Positions 10,902-21,554 of a DNA stretch of 64,000 nucleotides are shown here, in pieces; position 1 is the stretch's first letter; every line of letters starts with the position of its first letter. The DNA is from Spirochaetia bacterium (lineage in GTDB: Bacteria; Spirochaetota; Spirochaetia; DSM-16054; Sediminispirochaetaceae), in the NCBI GenBank assembly GCA_034520965.1, contig JAXHMY010000003.1, forward strand, positions 1-64,000, in the 5' to 3' direction. The position numbers and the translations under genes were made by a program. Under the pieces are notes generated by a model that searched no databases, was not told where the DNA came from, and saw nothing but the letters and a program-made list of their open reading frames with translations.

Positions 10902-11399
10902 AAAAACCTCATATCAATTCATCGCAGACCAGTAAACTGGCACCTTCATTTCCATATATCCCGTAATCCCATGGATCGATACCTTTAAACATCACATAAT
11001 GATAACTATCATTTCTTTGGAAACCGAGCAAAGGGTTCATTGGTTCATATCATTGTTTTTCCTTTATAATATTTTATTTTTTTCATACGTACTAAACAGC
11101 ACTTTGCTCACACTACTGTAGCATCATTAATTTAACCACACAATCTTTATAAGAGCCCTTTTCGATGGTCAACCGTTATTCCGGCACGCTGAAGTGACTA
11201 GTCCACTTTTTCCCATAAATAATAGCTTCCCGAGGAGCGGCTCTTGTCTATGACATTCCAGTAAATTAGCCCTCCGATGTTTATTTTTTCTCTTAAATCA
11301 TCATCCTCGACAAACTCACCATAGGCATTGTAGGCATACTGAAAATTAGTTGCCGCCGCATATTGCAAATGCGAAATCAATTGCATTACAGTTCATATC

Positions 11400-11945
11400 A
11401 TGAAACGTACCGTTCTGATACTGCTGGGAATAATGTTGAGCACTTTAACTGTATGTCTCAGTGCGGAAGGAAATCCAATGGAAAGAAAAGATGTCGAGGG
11501 TATGATATTTCCGAATCTGGTAGCTGAAACTCTGGCGGGTAACCAGTTTCAAACCCCCGACCCTGACGGAGAAACAAGCCACGTTATTCTGATTGCATTT
11601 AAGCGCGGAGTACAAGCGGAAATCGACGAATGGCTGTCCGCTTTATCCGGCACAGTTACAAACAGTTCGGATATAGAAATGTACGAAGTACCGATGCTGG
11701 CCGGCGGTTTTCGATTGATGTCCGGGATTATTGACGGCGGGATGCGGTCTGGAATCCCCCAGGAAAAGCACTCTTCGGTAGCCACCTTTTACGGAGATAT
11801 AAAGCGTTATAAAGAGATCCTGGACATGGAGCAGGAGGATCAGTGCTATCTGTACATTATTGATCCCCAGGGAACGATCCGATTTGCCGCTACCGGCCCG
11901 CCCTCTCCCGAACTTGTCGATGGGGCTCTTAAAGCCCTGCAATAA
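11400..11945 (+). CDS. exported thioredoxin-like (ATP10-like) protein
   Basis: Signal peptide; IIDGGMRSGIP and YLYIIDPQGTIRF patterns. Confidence 0.6.
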   Translation: MKRTVLILLGIMLSTLTVCLSAEGNPMERKDVEGMIFPNLVAETLAGNQFQTPDPDGETSHVILIAFKRGVQAEIDEWLSALSGTVTNSSDIEMYEVPMLAGGFRLMSGIIDGGMRSGIPQEKHSSVATFYGDIKRYKEILDMEQEDQCYLYIIDPQGTIRFAATGPPSPELVDGALKALQ

Positions 11946-12012
11946 GCCGATTTCGCCAACAGCCCCTGCTCGGTACTCAAAACTAAACGCTGAACAAAGC
12001 ACAGGGGGATTT

Positions 12013-12561
12013 TCAATCAGCTGGATTGAGTTCGCTCTCGTCTTCGGGATTAACTGGACGGTGGGCCTCGATGAGGGCGGCAAAGGAGTCCTCAGCCTCC
12101 AAAATCTCGCGGATTCGAAAGAACCGCAGGTCTTTATCGGAGATATCCTCTGATTTATTCACCCGTTGATACTCATACAAATTTTTGAGGTCTCCAAAAA
12201 GACGCGCAAAGCGTACATGCCAGGTTTCGGCCTCTTTCTGATGACGAACAATATAATCCATGAGTTCCGCTCGGTCTATATTGAGAAGCCGTTCCTCGGC
12301 TTCCTTGGCGGTATCATATACCCCCGCCAAAAGGGTGTGCCAGATGGAAAAATAGACTTCCTGGGAGACGCTATTGCAGCTCGAACAGAACAGGTCCTCC
12401 TGAATAACTCCAGTGAGCATCGGCGATCCGCTTACAATGTCTCCTACTCGATATTCTCTAAGTGAAGGAGAAAAGGATTTTGTCTGTACCGAGTCGATTG
12501 ACGCCCCGCAGGCTCTGCACACCTTCGGCGTATCGAGAATGACCGTATCAAATATTCCCAT
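12013..12561 (-). CDS. hypothetical protein with two CxxC motifs
   Basis: MGIFDTV...CRAC...QTK...CSSC; GGAG RBS. Confidence 0.7.
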   Translation of the reverse strand: MGIFDTVILDTPKVCRACGASIDSVQTKSFSPSLREYRVGDIVSGSPMLTGVIQEDLFCSSCNSVSQEVYFSIWHTLLAGVYDTAKEAEERLLNIDRAELMDYIVRHQKEAETWHVRFARLFGDLKNLYEYQRVNKSEDISDKDLRFFRIREILEAEDSFAALIEAHRPVNPEDESELNPAD

Positions 12562-12682
12562 GTTCGTTCTCCTTTATATGCCTTTTGCATCTCGTTGGCT
12601 TAAAATAATCTCTAATTTTCTTAAAACTAATAAAATTATTTTCATTCCTGTGCATTTATAACCGCCTTTACCCTAAGGCCCA

Positions 12683-13792
12683 TTACAGCTTTTCAGAGGG
12701 AATCAAAAGGGCAAGCCGCTTTTTTTCCGGATTCAGACGTATCCATTCCTCCGGTATAAGTTCATTTTCAAATAAATCTTCAACCGATTCCGGAATATTT
12801 GAAAGCCGGCTAAGCTGGATAATAAGCTCTACTGTTCCACGAGCCCCGGGGCTTTTTGAAATTTGTGATGCTGCCAACGCTACTTTTATAGGACCGTAGG
12901 GTGTAAGACCGTGGATTATATCCGATAAACCAACTGCAATTTCTGTAATCCTTTCTGGGGACAACAAAATTTTACCCTCACCCTCTACTGAATCTATACC
13001 GGCCCGCAGCATTCCCCTTATTAAATCAAACAAATCAACCTCTGGATTGGAGGGGTCGGCCATAAACAGCTCATTTGCCGCAGATATTGCCGATACTCTT
13101 CTTGAGAGTCGCTCATAATCGGAAGATGTTCCCCCCTCAATAGCGATCAGACTTTCTATGGTCTGCAGATTATTTTTTACACGATGGTCCAGAAATTGTA
13201 ACAGTTCTTCTCTTACATCAAGCTCCTCTTTCAAGACCTTTAAAAGCTGGTAGGTGATCAGCGATAAGGTAATAGCGATAAGCAAAAAATTCGCGGCTAT
13301 TGCGACAAGCCCTGTCATGGTGGTTTTTTGGTCGATGATATCGTGATATGCAAATATCCCGTATAAAATCATTACTACTTCCGACACCGAAATTGAAAAA
13401 ACAATACCGACAACTTTTCCGAACAGTGCAGAAATAACCACGGCGCAGAGCAGCCAGATAAAACCGGCCCCTTCTGTCCCTGTATAAATAAAAACCGCTC
13501 CGCCCATAAGAAGCAACACAAATACAGTGAGAAATAAACGTACTTGGTATGAAGTTTTTGGATAAAAGACCGCCAGTGCGATAATGATGTAAGCCAGGGT
13601 ATCAATAAGTGCAAGGGTATAAAGTTCTTCTCTAAGGGCGGCAAATATGCTCGGAACATAGGCAATTGCTCCCAATATAACCATAGCCCTTAAGAGAGTA
13701 GTTAATAGCTGCTCCTTGCGTTGTTCAAGTATAGTCATGTCCTTAAGTGTAGTAAGCTCCACATGGGAACGCAATCTATTAAAATAGTTCAA
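12683..13792 (-). CDS. membrane protein with HisKA_2-type histidine kinase dimerisation motif
   Basis: About 6 TM helices, then LDHRVKNNLQTI; ATP-binding boxes not recognisable. Confidence 0.7.
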   Translation of the reverse strand: MNYFNRLRSHVELTTLKDMTILEQRKEQLLTTLLRAMVILGAIAYVPSIFAALREELYTLALIDTLAYIIIALAVFYPKTSYQVRLFLTVFVLLLMGGAVFIYTGTEGAGFIWLLCAVVISALFGKVVGIVFSISVSEVVMILYGIFAYHDIIDQKTTMTGLVAIAANFLLIAITLSLITYQLLKVLKEELDVREELLQFLDHRVKNNLQTIESLIAIEGGTSSDYERLSRRVSAISAANELFMADPSNPEVDLFDLIRGMLRAGIDSVEGEGKILLSPERITEIAVGLSDIIHGLTPYGPIKVALAASQISKSPGARGTVELIIQLSRLSNIPESVEDLFENELIPEEWIRLNPEKKRLALLIPSEKL

Positions 13793-13824
13793 AACTAAGT
13801 GTGCGAAGCGGCGCCTCGTATAAA

Positions 13825-14052
13825 TTATAACGTGTTACGGCGAATAAATTCCTCGGCAGCTGCTTCTAGTGCTGTAAATCCTTCGGGTGCCATTTTGTCG
13901 AGCCAGGCAGTCATCATTTTCATGCGCGGATTTCTCTCAAACACCGGGCGCTGCAGCTTCACAAACCGCCATTAAAGGCCGTCCACCGTGTCGCACCAAG
14001 GACCCTTTGTGTAATTACTCATCTTCAATAAATAACATGAAGAGGCCACATA
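13825..14052 (-). pseudogene. degenerate 228-bp duplicate of the photolyase 3' end
   Basis: Aligns directly with 17551-17778 and carries an in-frame TAA in place of TAC (GLYWR). Confidence 0.9.
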
Positions 14053-14166
14053 CACAGCGCTTACCGGCAAAAGCAATCGTAAAGACGGTTTTTATTTTGT
14101 CAACTTGAACTTCAGCCAGCTCCGGCATGCATTGCTCCTGGACTCAGTTTTCACTATTATAATTTC

Positions 14167-15357
14167 ATGAACGAAGAAGATGGGCACGCGAAGGGCGTGC
14201 GCTTAAGGGCCGGTATCCCCGCATTAGCACTGATGCTGACGGTCTTTGTTTCAAATATGACCTCCAGATCGATTCTCTCTCCCCTCCTGCTGCGGGTGGA
14301 ACAAGATTTTTCAGTCAGCCATGGTCCGGCGGCACAGCTGTTTCTTTTTATTAGTATTGGTTACAGCATTTCAGTACTCTTTTCAGGCTTTGTCTCTTCT
14401 AAAACAACCCATCGGGGAGCAATCCTGGTCTGTGCATTGGTAATGTCGGCCGGACTGCTGCTCATGTCCCTTGCACCAACGATGAATCTAATGCGGGCGG
14501 GGGTTTTGCTGATGGGGGCCGGTTCCGGCTTATATCCACCGTCGAGTATAGCTACTATTACCAACCTCTTCGACCGGCGAGATTGGCAAAAAGCTCTGTC
14601 GATCCACGAGATCGGGCCGCATATTGCAATGGTATTGGCACCGCTCTATGTGAATCTCATGTTGAACTATACCGACTGGCGCGGGACGATCGGACTACTG
14701 GCAGTAATCATTCTAATTTCAGGGTCTATTTTCTTTATAAGAATCAAAGCCGGGACTCTGAAAGGCGAGGCGCCTACCTTCAGCAACTTGCTGCCCCTGT
14801 TCCGGGAGCCCAATTTCTGGATTTTGATGCTATTTTTCGGGCTTGCTCTGGGCAGCATTCAGGGCATTTACATGCTGGTACCTACTTTTTTAGTTGCCGA
14901 GGCGGGCTTTACTCTGGAGCGGGCCAACAGTATCTTCGGAATTTCCCGGTTTCTGCCGATTGTAGCCCTGTTGACTGCCGGTTTAGTGATGGATCGCATC
15001 GGGCTGCGAAGGACGCTGATGATAACGCTGGCCGGCGCCGGTTTGACAATTCTTCTGATGGGATTCTTGCGTGGACCTCTGCTGGTAACAGTGGTGTTTC
15101 TACAGCCGACAATCGGGGCCCTTTACTTTCCGGCCGGGCTGGCGGCACTGGCGAAAATCGGACCCCCGCAATCGCGCAATGTCTCCGTTTCTATGGTACT
15201 GCCTGTATCGGCTTTGATCGGAACAGGAATAATCCCCGCCTTCCTCGGATATATGGGTGACATTCTCAGCTTCTCCACAGGCTTTTTGATTGTCGGTATT
15301 ACGATAACACTGTTGAGTATGTTGGCAAGGTTCATTTCAATTGCAGAAACAGACTAA
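14167..15357 (+). CDS. MFS transporter
   Basis: About 12 hydrophobic segments; GLVMDRIGLRR loop motif. Confidence 0.9.
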   Translation: MNEEDGHAKGVRLRAGIPALALMLTVFVSNMTSRSILSPLLLRVEQDFSVSHGPAAQLFLFISIGYSISVLFSGFVSSKTTHRGAILVCALVMSAGLLLMSLAPTMNLMRAGVLLMGAGSGLYPPSSIATITNLFDRRDWQKALSIHEIGPHIAMVLAPLYVNLMLNYTDWRGTIGLLAVIILISGSIFFIRIKAGTLKGEAPTFSNLLPLFREPNFWILMLFFGLALGSIQGIYMLVPTFLVAEAGFTLERANSIFGISRFLPIVALLTAGLVMDRIGLRRTLMITLAGAGLTILLMGFLRGPLLVTVVFLQPTIGALYFPAGLAALAKIGPPQSRNVSVSMVLPVSALIGTGIIPAFLGYMGDILSFSTGFLIVGITITLLSMLARFISIAETD

Positions 15358-15420
15358 ACTATTATTATCAAAACCTAGAGATCTTGTTCCCCGCCAGGGA
15401 AAGTTTACATTTCAAAGGCT

Positions 15421-17079
15421 CTACTTTTTGTAATGCCAGCGGAATAGTTTTTTTATACCGGCAAATAGAAATCCAATCCCCATAACCGCGCCAATACCGT
15501 AGCCTATGATACCAAACAAGGGTATACCGTATATTTGGGGCTCTATATCGGCCAGCACAATCAAGGATGAGCTAATGAGAAGGGCCGAGAGAACAAGGCC
15601 AAAAACAAGTCTAAAACCTACCTTGTCATAGGTTTCCCTAATTACGTCCGCCTGAGGAGCTCTTATGATTAGCTCTCTTTCCTTTATTAACCTGCGCAGG
15701 TCAACAAACAGTTCCGGTGTTTGGAATAAGATCTCCCCCCAGTTAAGACTGGAGTCGAGAATTTTATTGGCTGTCCTGTGAGAACCGAGCTGGTTTGCCC
15801 ATATCTTTGGAGCATACTCCCGGAGATACTTGATAAACTGAAATTCCGGATCAAGACCAGCACCTATCGACTGTAAAGATCCAATCACCTTGGCTACATA
15901 TATAAAGCGGGCCGGTAGATGTACACCAAAGTTTACTACTATTTGCAGAAGCGATATAAGCGCAAAAGAGACATCTATATACTCAAGAGGTTTGTTCAAA
16001 TGGGTTTCGATATAGTCGTGAACCACCGCAACAAAGACGTCATGCTCCACCTTTCCCTCGGCGTTTCCCATTCGAAGCAGCGACCGCGACACGAGGGAAG
16101 GGTCGAGCCGGGCCAAACCGAGCATCATATAGTTGAGATTTTCCAGCTCGTAGGGGCGCAGGCTGTAAACCATGCCATAGTCGATATAGCAGATAATATC
16201 TCCCTCTATGATCAGGAAATTTCCCGGGTGCGGGTCTGCGTGAAAATAACCATTTATAAAGAGCTGGGACATAATAAAATCGGCATTGTGACGGTTCAAT
16301 TTTTTTAAATCAAAGCGAGATTCTTTTTCCTCAATTACTTCAGAGACCTTCTTTCCGTGAATGTACTCCATTACCAGCAGATCCCTACTGCAGTATTGAT
16401 CGTAGCCATCCGGTACGATAACCGTTTTATTGTTGTGGTACAATTCTTTGAACCGCTTGAGGCTGAGGAGTTCCTGCACAAAGTCGAGTTCCTTTCTCAT
16501 CTGCTGTTCAAACTCTTCGAGGAGCTCCGCAGCGGTAATCACTTGAAAGTAGGATGTATTGTTGTCTACAAAATGTGCCAGCTGATGCATTATCTGTATA
16601 TCAGCCTCGATCTGCTCGTCTATACCGGGGCGTTTCACTTTTACTGCTACGGGTTTTCCGGTGGGTAAAATCGCACGATGGACCTGGGCGAGGGATGCGG
16701 CGGCATCGGGCTCATCATCGAAACGCAGGAATACATCTTCCAGTGCTGCTCCGACGTTTTTCTCAACAATCGCCTTGGCCACTTCAGAGGAAAAGGGAGG
16801 CACCTCATCCTGCAGTTTCTCGAGTTCCCGCAGGACGTGAATGGGTAATATATCTTTACGGTCGCTCAGTATCTGCCCAAACTTGATAAAGGTAGGTCCG
16901 AGCTCGACGAACGCCTCTCTAAGGCGCTCGCCGAAACTCTCCGCTACAATATGCGGTGGCTTTTTTTTCTCTTTACTGAAGTTCTTGCTAAACCTTCTTA
17001 GCAGAGGTCTGTGGCTAATGAACTCAGCTAAACCGTAGCGTGTCGCCACTCCGATAATTTCCAAGTATCGGGCGGACAC
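15421..17079 (-). CDS. AarF/ABC1/UbiB family kinase
   Basis: LGPTFIKFGQ, AAASLAQVH, VAVKV, FHADPHPGN, DYG motifs; start may be slightly upstream. Confidence 0.92.
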   Translation of the reverse strand: MSARYLEIIGVATRYGLAEFISHRPLLRRFSKNFSKEKKKPPHIVAESFGERLREAFVELGPTFIKFGQILSDRKDILPIHVLRELEKLQDEVPPFSSEVAKAIVEKNVGAALEDVFLRFDDEPDAAASLAQVHRAILPTGKPVAVKVKRPGIDEQIEADIQIMHQLAHFVDNNTSYFQVITAAELLEEFEQQMRKELDFVQELLSLKRFKELYHNNKTVIVPDGYDQYCSRDLLVMEYIHGKKVSEVIEEKESRFDLKKLNRHNADFIMSQLFINGYFHADPHPGNFLIIEGDIICYIDYGMVYSLRPYELENLNYMMLGLARLDPSLVSRSLLRMGNAEGKVEHDVFVAVVHDYIETHLNKPLEYIDVSFALISLLQIVVNFGVHLPARFIYVAKVIGSLQSIGAGLDPEFQFIKYLREYAPKIWANQLGSHRTANKILDSSLNWGEILFQTPELFVDLRRLIKERELIIRAPQADVIRETYDKVGFRLVFGLVLSALLISSSLIVLADIEPQIYGIPLFGIIGYGIGAVMGIGFLFAGIKKLFRWHYKK

Positions 17080-17130
17080 TTTTCTTCTACCGGCTCGTTT
17101 TAATTGAATAGCTGTAACTCCTTTGGAGTT

Positions 17131-17448
17131 TTACTCATTCATTTTCTTTTCGAGCTCATCGATCTTTTTAGATAGCTTATCGATGTCCTTCTTGGTTGGC
17201 ATATTGGCTTCTTTCATGTATGTGGCTAAGCGTTTCTCGATAAGTTCATCTAATCTCGTTTGAGTATCCTCAGATTCCTTCATGAGGTCGTCTACAAACT
17301 TCTTTCCCTCTTCTTCGCTCATGTTATAATCTTCGGATATTTTTTTCCCGAAATCTTCGATTTTCTCTTTTGTTCGAAGTGCCAGGCCAAGTCCAACATA
17401 AAGACCTTCTTGAAATACATTTCTTTTTTCCGATCCTTGTTCTGCCAT
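17131..17448 (-). CDS. phasin family protein
   Basis: GLGLALRTKEK...MSEEEGKKFVD...PTKKDIDKL pattern; next to the AarF kinase. Confidence 0.8.
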   Translation of the reverse strand: MAEQGSEKRNVFQEGLYVGLGLALRTKEKIEDFGKKISEDYNMSEEEGKKFVDDLMKESEDTQTRLDELIEKRLATYMKEANMPTKKDIDKLSKKIDELEKKMNE

Positions 17449-17550
17449 ATGTGTTTTTCCTCCTTTAATAAGCGTCCTTATATCTCTAGTATAAGAAAAC
17501 AATACCACTGCTGTCAAATTTTGAATGGCAGAGTGAAAGCGAGTTTCTAT

Positions 17551-19098
17551 TTATAACGTGTTACGACGAATAAATTCCTCGGCAGCCGCCTCTATTGCAG
17601 TAAATCGTTCGGGGGCCATTTTGTCGAGCCAGGCAGTCATCATTTTCATGCGCGGATTTCTCTCAAACACCGGGCGCTGCAGCTTCACAAACCTCCAGTA
17701 AAGGCCGTCTACTGTGTCGCACCAAGGACCCTTTGTGTAATTACTCATCTTCAATAAATAACGTGAAGAGGCCACATAGGGTTTAGTAGCAAAACTTCCG
17801 CCGTCGGCGTATTGGCTCATCCCGTACACATTGGGAATCATCACCCAATCGTAGGCATCAACAAATAATTCTGAAAACCATTTGTATACTTCATCAGGAT
17901 GGATCTCGCACAACAACATAAGGTTCCCAATTACCATGAGGCGTTCAATGTGGTGAACATAGCCGTAGCGCAGCACTTTCTTTATGCTGTCGTCGAGTAT
18001 CGGAATGCCGGTTGTACCTTGGTACCAGGCCGGACCGAGGCTGCGCCGGTGCTGAAAAAAGTTCCCCCGCAAGTCGCGGGTAAGATACATACCCCGCACA
18101 AACTCACGCCAGCCGATGATCTGTCTAAGAAAGCCCTCTTTGCTCGGCAGCGGCACATCACATTCAAGGGCAGCGTTGATCACTTCGCCGGGAAAAAGCA
18201 GGCCAATATTCAAGAGCGGTGAAAGCATTGAGTGAAAGCCGAGTAGTTCAGACTGATGAATGGCATCCTCGTAAGGCCCGAACTGTGCAAAGCGATACTG
18301 CAGAAATGATTCGAGCCACTTTAGGGCTTGCACGCGGGTAGTTGGAAGAAAAAAGTCTGCCGGATCTCCGGGATTATCCGGAAAAAGACGGCTCAGCAGA
18401 GGGGCGAGCTCACGGGTATGTGCGGTCCAGTCGGCTTTGGGAAGCGGAAGAAACTGGATGTCTTTAGGAAAGGACTTTCGGTTCTCCTTATCGAAGGTCC
18501 AGCTTCCTCCGACGGGTTGTGAGTTATCCGTGAGAACGTTCATTTCTCGGCGGCGTTTCACATAAAAGTCGCGCAGCCGCGGTGTGCGCATATCCGCCAG
18601 TTCACTTCGCACTGCATCTCCGTGAAGCAGGAAGCTCTTGCTGGGACGTATATAAAGCGGCAGCCCGAGCTGCGCTGCATATTCATTGAGCCGAGATTCT
18701 ATACCAAAATCGTCCGGCTCGTAGGCTGCCAGTGCCTCTGCCTTTGAGTGCTGCACCGCATCGCGCAGCTTATCCAAATAGCTGCGCGAATCTTCTATTT
18801 CATAATAATAGACCCTGTGCCGGCCTTGTAAAAAATCACGATGAGAACGCATCGCACTGAGAATCAGGAGGAGCTTGTGACGGTGGTAACGGAAGCGGCG
18901 GCAGAGGTCCATGTCTTCGGCCATAAAAACCGACATAGGGGCAGGTCCGAGGGGAGTATAACTGCCGCGCTTCTCGCGACTGTTGTTCTGCCCGGCCGCT
19001 GCAGGGCCCGCCGGCTCCGCCCCCACTCCTTCCAGCATACCGACCTTGTGATTAGGGTAGAGCTGATTTCCCAGTACAATCAGAAGAATCTGTTCCAT
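17551..19098 (-). CDS. cryptochrome/photolyase family protein (DPRP/PhrB-like)
   Basis: LGNQL, HRHKL, FGPYEDAI, RQIIGWREF, HHIERLM, ADGG...KPY motifs. Confidence 0.9.
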   Translation of the reverse strand: MEQILLIVLGNQLYPNHKVGMLEGVGAEPAGPAAAGQNNSREKRGSYTPLGPAPMSVFMAEDMDLCRRFRYHRHKLLLILSAMRSHRDFLQGRHRVYYYEIEDSRSYLDKLRDAVQHSKAEALAAYEPDDFGIESRLNEYAAQLGLPLYIRPSKSFLLHGDAVRSELADMRTPRLRDFYVKRRREMNVLTDNSQPVGGSWTFDKENRKSFPKDIQFLPLPKADWTAHTRELAPLLSRLFPDNPGDPADFFLPTTRVQALKWLESFLQYRFAQFGPYEDAIHQSELLGFHSMLSPLLNIGLLFPGEVINAALECDVPLPSKEGFLRQIIGWREFVRGMYLTRDLRGNFFQHRRSLGPAWYQGTTGIPILDDSIKKVLRYGYVHHIERLMVIGNLMLLCEIHPDEVYKWFSELFVDAYDWVMIPNVYGMSQYADGGSFATKPYVASSRYLLKMSNYTKGPWCDTVDGLYWRFVKLQRPVFERNPRMKMMTAWLDKMAPERFTAIEAAAEEFIRRNTL

Positions 19099-19216
19099 AT
19101 ACCCCATCACCTGCTTTCCCAAAATACATATCAAGTTTAATTGTAAGCGCCTGATGCATAAAATGCAATTTAGAAGCGACTTTTATCTGGTTCTGTAATT
19201 TTTATGTTTTCTTCTC

Positions 19217-20468
19217 TTGAGCTTGTGGTATAATTTTTTTGCTCGTGTCTCACTGCCAAGGAGGTTGCAGATGTTGTCTCGAGAAGATTCTCCTAGTGTC
19301 GGAAGGCTGTTTTTTGGGTTGCTGCTCATCTCTTTTTCTGTTCCCTTTATCTTTGCCCAAAACCAGACAGTAGCTGTTCTTCCCCTTGAGAATTCCACCG
19401 GAGATACCCGCTCAGACTACCTCGGTAAAATCGCCGAAGCCCTGCTGATGTTTGACCTCGCCTCGCAGAAGGATGTAGAACTTGTGAGTCGGAGTGAGCT
19501 CGATTCAGTCATGCAGGAACAACGGCTTGCCCTTAGCGGACTCACCGATGAGAATTCCGAATTGAGAGAGATCGGTGGACTTACAGGTGCCGGTTATCTT
19601 ATAAGCGGAGAGTACGTTCATCTAGGAGATGATATTCTCTTCAATATCCGACTCATTTCCGTGGAAAGCGGTGAAGTCATTGTGGTGAGGGAGCGGGGGA
19701 CCGACGAGAACACCGTTCACAGGGTTTCCGAAAAACTCTTGGCCGGGCTCACCGGCTCGACTCCCACTTTGGAGAACAAAGCAGGCACACGTTCAATTAT
19801 CAGCATGAAAAATGAGGAGCCCGGCTCACTTCACATTTTTTCCCATCTGATAGATGCACAAATTTTTCTCGATGATGAGTTCGTCGGCTACACTACAGGT
19901 GTAGCTACCCATCCTTTTATCCTGGATCAGGTGCGCCCTGGGCCGCACATCGTGAAAACGCACTTAAGCAAAAACTTCGGTGTGGTAGAACTCCCGGAGA
20001 TACGCTTTAAAGATTGGCAAACCGAGGTGATAGTTCGCCCTGGGGCGCGTACAGTAATCCGTGATGAAAGTCGCCACTTCAACAATTATCTTTACGAACT
20101 GCAGTGGCTCATTAGGGAGGAATATGACTTCCAAACCTTTGAGGAACTCTCTGATTTTGAGGCGGTACTCGCTTATGAGTTTACTGATAGAGATGGGAGG
20201 CTTCGACGGGGGAGTCTCACCGCGGTGTTCATTGAAGAGGGCCCTGTTAATTCACGGAGCCTCTCGAGCTCGGACTCAAGTTCGACCGGCTATCTGCAAA
20301 ACGAAGGCTTCCGGTGCCTGTAGAGTCTGGGGAAGAGGAGGAAAGACTGAATCTCGATCTAGTAAATCTTAAGGCCTCGATAGAGTACAGATACGACCGC
20401 TACGAACTATCGTTATCTCTAACTCGAAACGATGTGTATCAGGGAATGCACCGGGATGAGTATCATTA
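19217..20468 (+). CDS. CsgG/FlgO-like plus PEGA domain exported protein (frameshift near 3' end)
   Basis: VAVLPLEN, LVSRSELDSVMQEQRL, DAQIFLDDEFVG; start and end approximate. Confidence 0.6.
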
Positions 20469-21413
20469 GTTTCTCACCTGGGCCAGCACGGACACTTGAG
20501 AATTAGTACAAAATGCTGTTCGTCCTTCGAACTCGCCTCCACAATCAAATATCGATTGCAGATTCTCAGAAATTCGTAGGTATAGTTCCTTCGAAATAGA
20601 CACTTTTCCTGGAGATGTAAAAGTTTTTTCCAGGTGAGCGGCATAATTGATAATTTCCGAGACAATCTGACCGGTATTCTGGGTAAACTTCAGTTTGCCT
20701 GTATCAAGTCCGATTCGCAGTGAAATTGGCTCGTCGATTTGCAGGCCGGGATCGACGTTGAATACCGATAGTACGTTCTGAAGCTCCAGGGCAAACAAAA
20801 CTGCGCGGGTCGGATGCTCCTTGAAGGTAAAGGCGACCAAGCCCCCGTCCCCAGACCAACTCCAGGTGCGCCCGTCATACACCGCTAAAATGCGCCGCAG
20901 CAAACTCCAAAATTTGGCGTACACCTTTTCTATCTTTTTCATACCATACTTTTTTACCAGTGCCGAATTGCCTACTATATCGATACTTGCAACGGTTACC
21001 TCATAGTTTTTGCCTTCCCTAAGGGCTCCCCAGTTCGACAGTTCATCCTGGTCTCCTTTTAGTATCCTTATCTTTCGTTTTTTAAAATCGTAAAGATAAC
21101 CGGATGAGACCATATCTTTCATAAAAGTCTCGATACTATCGAAAGCAACGGTTTTCCCCAACAAATCGCTGCCGTCCAGTTCGATGAGACACTTGATGAG
21201 CTCCTCTTCTTTTTTATTAGTGAGGCATTCATCGATTAAAGCTTCAGCAGCTTTTCGACGTGGAATGGTGATGTGATCATCAATTTCGAGCTTTTCGTGG
21301 GAATTATAATGTTTTAACAACATACGGCCGATTTCATCGATCTGATTCGGCTTTAAATGTTTGGTCAGCATTTCGGTCATGTCGTTTATCAAAACCGGAT
21401 CAAGCATGTACAT
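20466..21413 (-). CDS. class III adenylate/guanylate cyclase domain protein
   Basis: SIDIVGNS, WSGDGGL, LRIGLDTG, INYAAHLEK motifs. Confidence 0.85.
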   Translation of the reverse strand: MYMLDPVLINDMTEMLTKHLKPNQIDEIGRMLLKHYNSHEKLEIDDHITIPRRKAAEALIDECLTNKKEEELIKCLIELDGSDLLGKTVAFDSIETFMKDMVSSGYLYDFKKRKIRILKGDQDELSNWGALREGKNYEVTVASIDIVGNSALVKKYGMKKIEKVYAKFWSLLRRILAVYDGRTWSWSGDGGLVAFTFKEHPTRAVLFALELQNVLSVFNVDPGLQIDEPISLRIGLDTGKLKFTQNTGQIVSEIINYAAHLEKTFTSPGKVSISKELYLRISENLQSIFDCGGEFEGRTAFCTNSQVSVLAQVRN

Positions 21414-21554
21414 CTCCTAATATTTGCATTGAAAGTATAATAACACCAATAGCTATAATATAAAAGTGATTGCTAAAATGTAAACAAAAATAGTTATGAT
21501 GCCCGCTATTTGACTTTAGCACCTAAAACTCTTACACATAAGTTAGGTGTACAA

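Noticed and set aside
20466..21413. Chromosomal cyclase as a second Pycsar or CBASS system
   Set aside because: No adjacent effector gene; the context is a histidine kinase and an exported protein.
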